DNA of 64,000 bases from Bacteroidales bacterium. GTDB taxonomy: Bacteria; Bacteroidota; Bacteroidia; Bacteroidales; 4484-276. The notes under the pieces were generated by a model. It was given only the letters and a program-made list of their open reading frames with translations, did no database searches and was not told the DNA's origin. The position numbers and the translations under genes are program-made. Of the stretch, positions 63,067 to 64,000 are shown one piece after another. Position 1 is the stretch's first letter; the number at the start of each line of letters is the position of its first letter. The stretch spans positions 3,075 to 67,074 of the forward strand of contig DAIRGA010000029.1 in the NCBI GenBank assembly GCA_036794825.1. Direction: 5' to 3'.

Positions 63067-63444
63067 ATGACGCGTAATCCCGATATCAGCAAATTGATTG
63101 TGGTTGGCGACCGGGTGCTGATCAAACTCAAAATTGAGTCCCAGAAGACCAGCAGCGGGCTTTATCTGCCACCCGGATACAAAGAGAAGGAGGAAGTTCA
63201 AACGGGATATGTTGTTAAAGTTGGCCCAGGTTATCCCATTCCGTCCAGTTCAGATGATCAGGAAGAGTCATGGAAAAGGTCCGAGCAAAAAACCCGCTAC
63301 ATCCCTCTCCAGGCAAAGGAAGGTGACCTTGCGATCTTTATGCAGAAAGGGGCTGTTGAGGTGATGTTTCATAGCGAAAAATACTTCATTGTTCCGCACA
63401 ACTCTATTCTTCTCCTCGAGAGAGATGACGAACTCTTTGATTAA
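63067..63444 (+). CDS. Cpn10/GroES-family protein with an internal insertion; no adjacent groEL
   Basis: VVGDRVLIKL....KTSSGLYLP......EVQTGYVVKVGPG ... KEGDLAIF is GroES-like. An insertion of about 25 aa (PSSSDDQEESWKRSEQKTRYIPL) is present. Confidence 0.65.
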   Translation: MTRNPDISKLIVVGDRVLIKLKIESQKTSSGLYLPPGYKEKEEVQTGYVVKVGPGYPIPSSSDDQEESWKRSEQKTRYIPLQAKEGDLAIFMQKGAVEVMFHSEKYFIVPHNSILLLERDDELFD

Positions 63445-63502
63445 CAGAAATATGGTTCAGGATTGGATCTTTTAAACTAATGCTAAAAACTTACCCTTTT
63501 TA

Positions 63503-64000
63503 ATGAAAATCAGGTTGTTAAGTATATTCTTGCTCATAGTATCCTGCTTTTGGATTTCTTGTAGTCACCATCCGCAGGGTGAAAATACTAGCAACAAAAT
63601 CTCCTCATCGAACCCCAAACTGGCAGCTGGCTTTAGGATTACGGAGAACGAATCGTACCGCATTCTTGAAATGATCTCTGGTGACGGTACCGCTGTTTCA
63701 GAGCGTTTTTATCTGATTAACAGAGACCTAAATGCTGAAACTAAAATACCTGAAAATGGAAAAATTATCCAGGTTCCTGTAAAAACCATGGTCTGCCTCT
63801 CAGCCACTCAAATAGCTTTTGCCGATGCACTCGGGTTGATTGAACGGATTGTGGGTGTGGCAAGCCCTGATTATGTGGTTTCTGCGCAGTTTTCAGATCG
63901 TTTAATGGATGGAAAAATCAAGGAGATTGGCATTAGCGATCATTTTAAACTGGAGCAGCTGATTCCGCTTTCGCCTGAGGCAGTGCTGGTTACCACGCAG
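63503..64000 (+). CDS. ABC-transporter periplasmic substrate-binding lipoprotein (Fe-siderophore/cobalamin type, Peripla_BP_2); 5' fragment running off the window
   Basis: Absent from the ORF track because there is no stop. My own translation reads MKIRLLSIFLLIVSCFWISCSHH...RILEMISGDG...IIQVPVKTMVCLSATQIAFADALGLIERIVGVASPDY...LIPLSPEAVLVTTQ. The lipobox plus the RI(V/A)xLS...E.L..LG pattern fits BtuF/FhuD-like binding proteins. Confidence 0.65.
   Translation, partial: MKIRLLSIFLLIVSCFWISCSHHPQGENTSNKISSSNPKLAAGFRITENESYRILEMISGDGTAVSERFYLINRDLNAETKIPENGKIIQVPVKTMVCLSATQIAFADALGLIERIVGVASPDYVVSAQFSDRLMDGKIKEIGISDHFKLEQLIPLSPEAVLVTTQ

Noticed and set aside
1-64000. Mobile elements, defence systems (restriction-modification, toxin-antitoxin, Abi, retron, CBASS-like) and rRNA genes
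   Set aside because: Reading all ORFs of at least 60 aa on both strands showed no transposase, integrase, reverse transcriptase, nuclease-helicase or methyltransferase signatures. No rRNA-like sequence was noticed either.

Overview
This 64-kb chromosomal segment looks like Bacteroidota. The evidence is two proteins with T9SS C-terminal sorting domains, at least 15 TAnnTTTG (-7) promoter boxes placed just upstream of gene or tRNA starts, and typical gene families. I call about 50 protein genes and one tRNA-Leu(CAG). I see no rRNA, CRISPR array, transposase, integrase or phage structural genes, so most of the window is ordinary core genome. Core content:
- Alpha-glucan metabolism: a debranching enzyme plus glycogen-synthase-like GT at the left edge, a phosphoglucomutase, and a GH13 amylase with an MFS sugar transporter.
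- A dapD / GT9 / tsaC / iadA operon, and ruvX-def.
- cdaA, rplM-rpsI, rpsB-tsf, htpG, lemA with two TPM genes, and slyD.
- rfbD with an O-antigen-ligase-like gene.
- A mutL / rhomboid / rhomboid / EEP operon.
- Three sensor kinases.

Items worth a second look, best first:
1. A co-directional trio at 15031-18458: a DUF4956-like membrane protein, a short secreted CotH-like kinase and a secreted ankyrin/PPP-phosphatase fusion. It may be an extracytoplasmic kinase/phosphatase module.
2. A stand-alone archaeal-type GatE homologue (50059-52032) with no GatD partner in the window.
3. Eight ACTTAA cores, three of them perfect ACTTAAGT palindromes, packed into 129 bp of a divergent AT-rich intergenic region (19670-19798). 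The adjacent 384-aa orphan protein appears to retain only the helical lid of a sigma-54 activator.
4. A second, large CotH / lamin-tail / T9SS protein wedged between the GH13 amylase and the sugar transporter.

All functional calls rest on motif recognition by eye. No database search, structure prediction or statistics were run.
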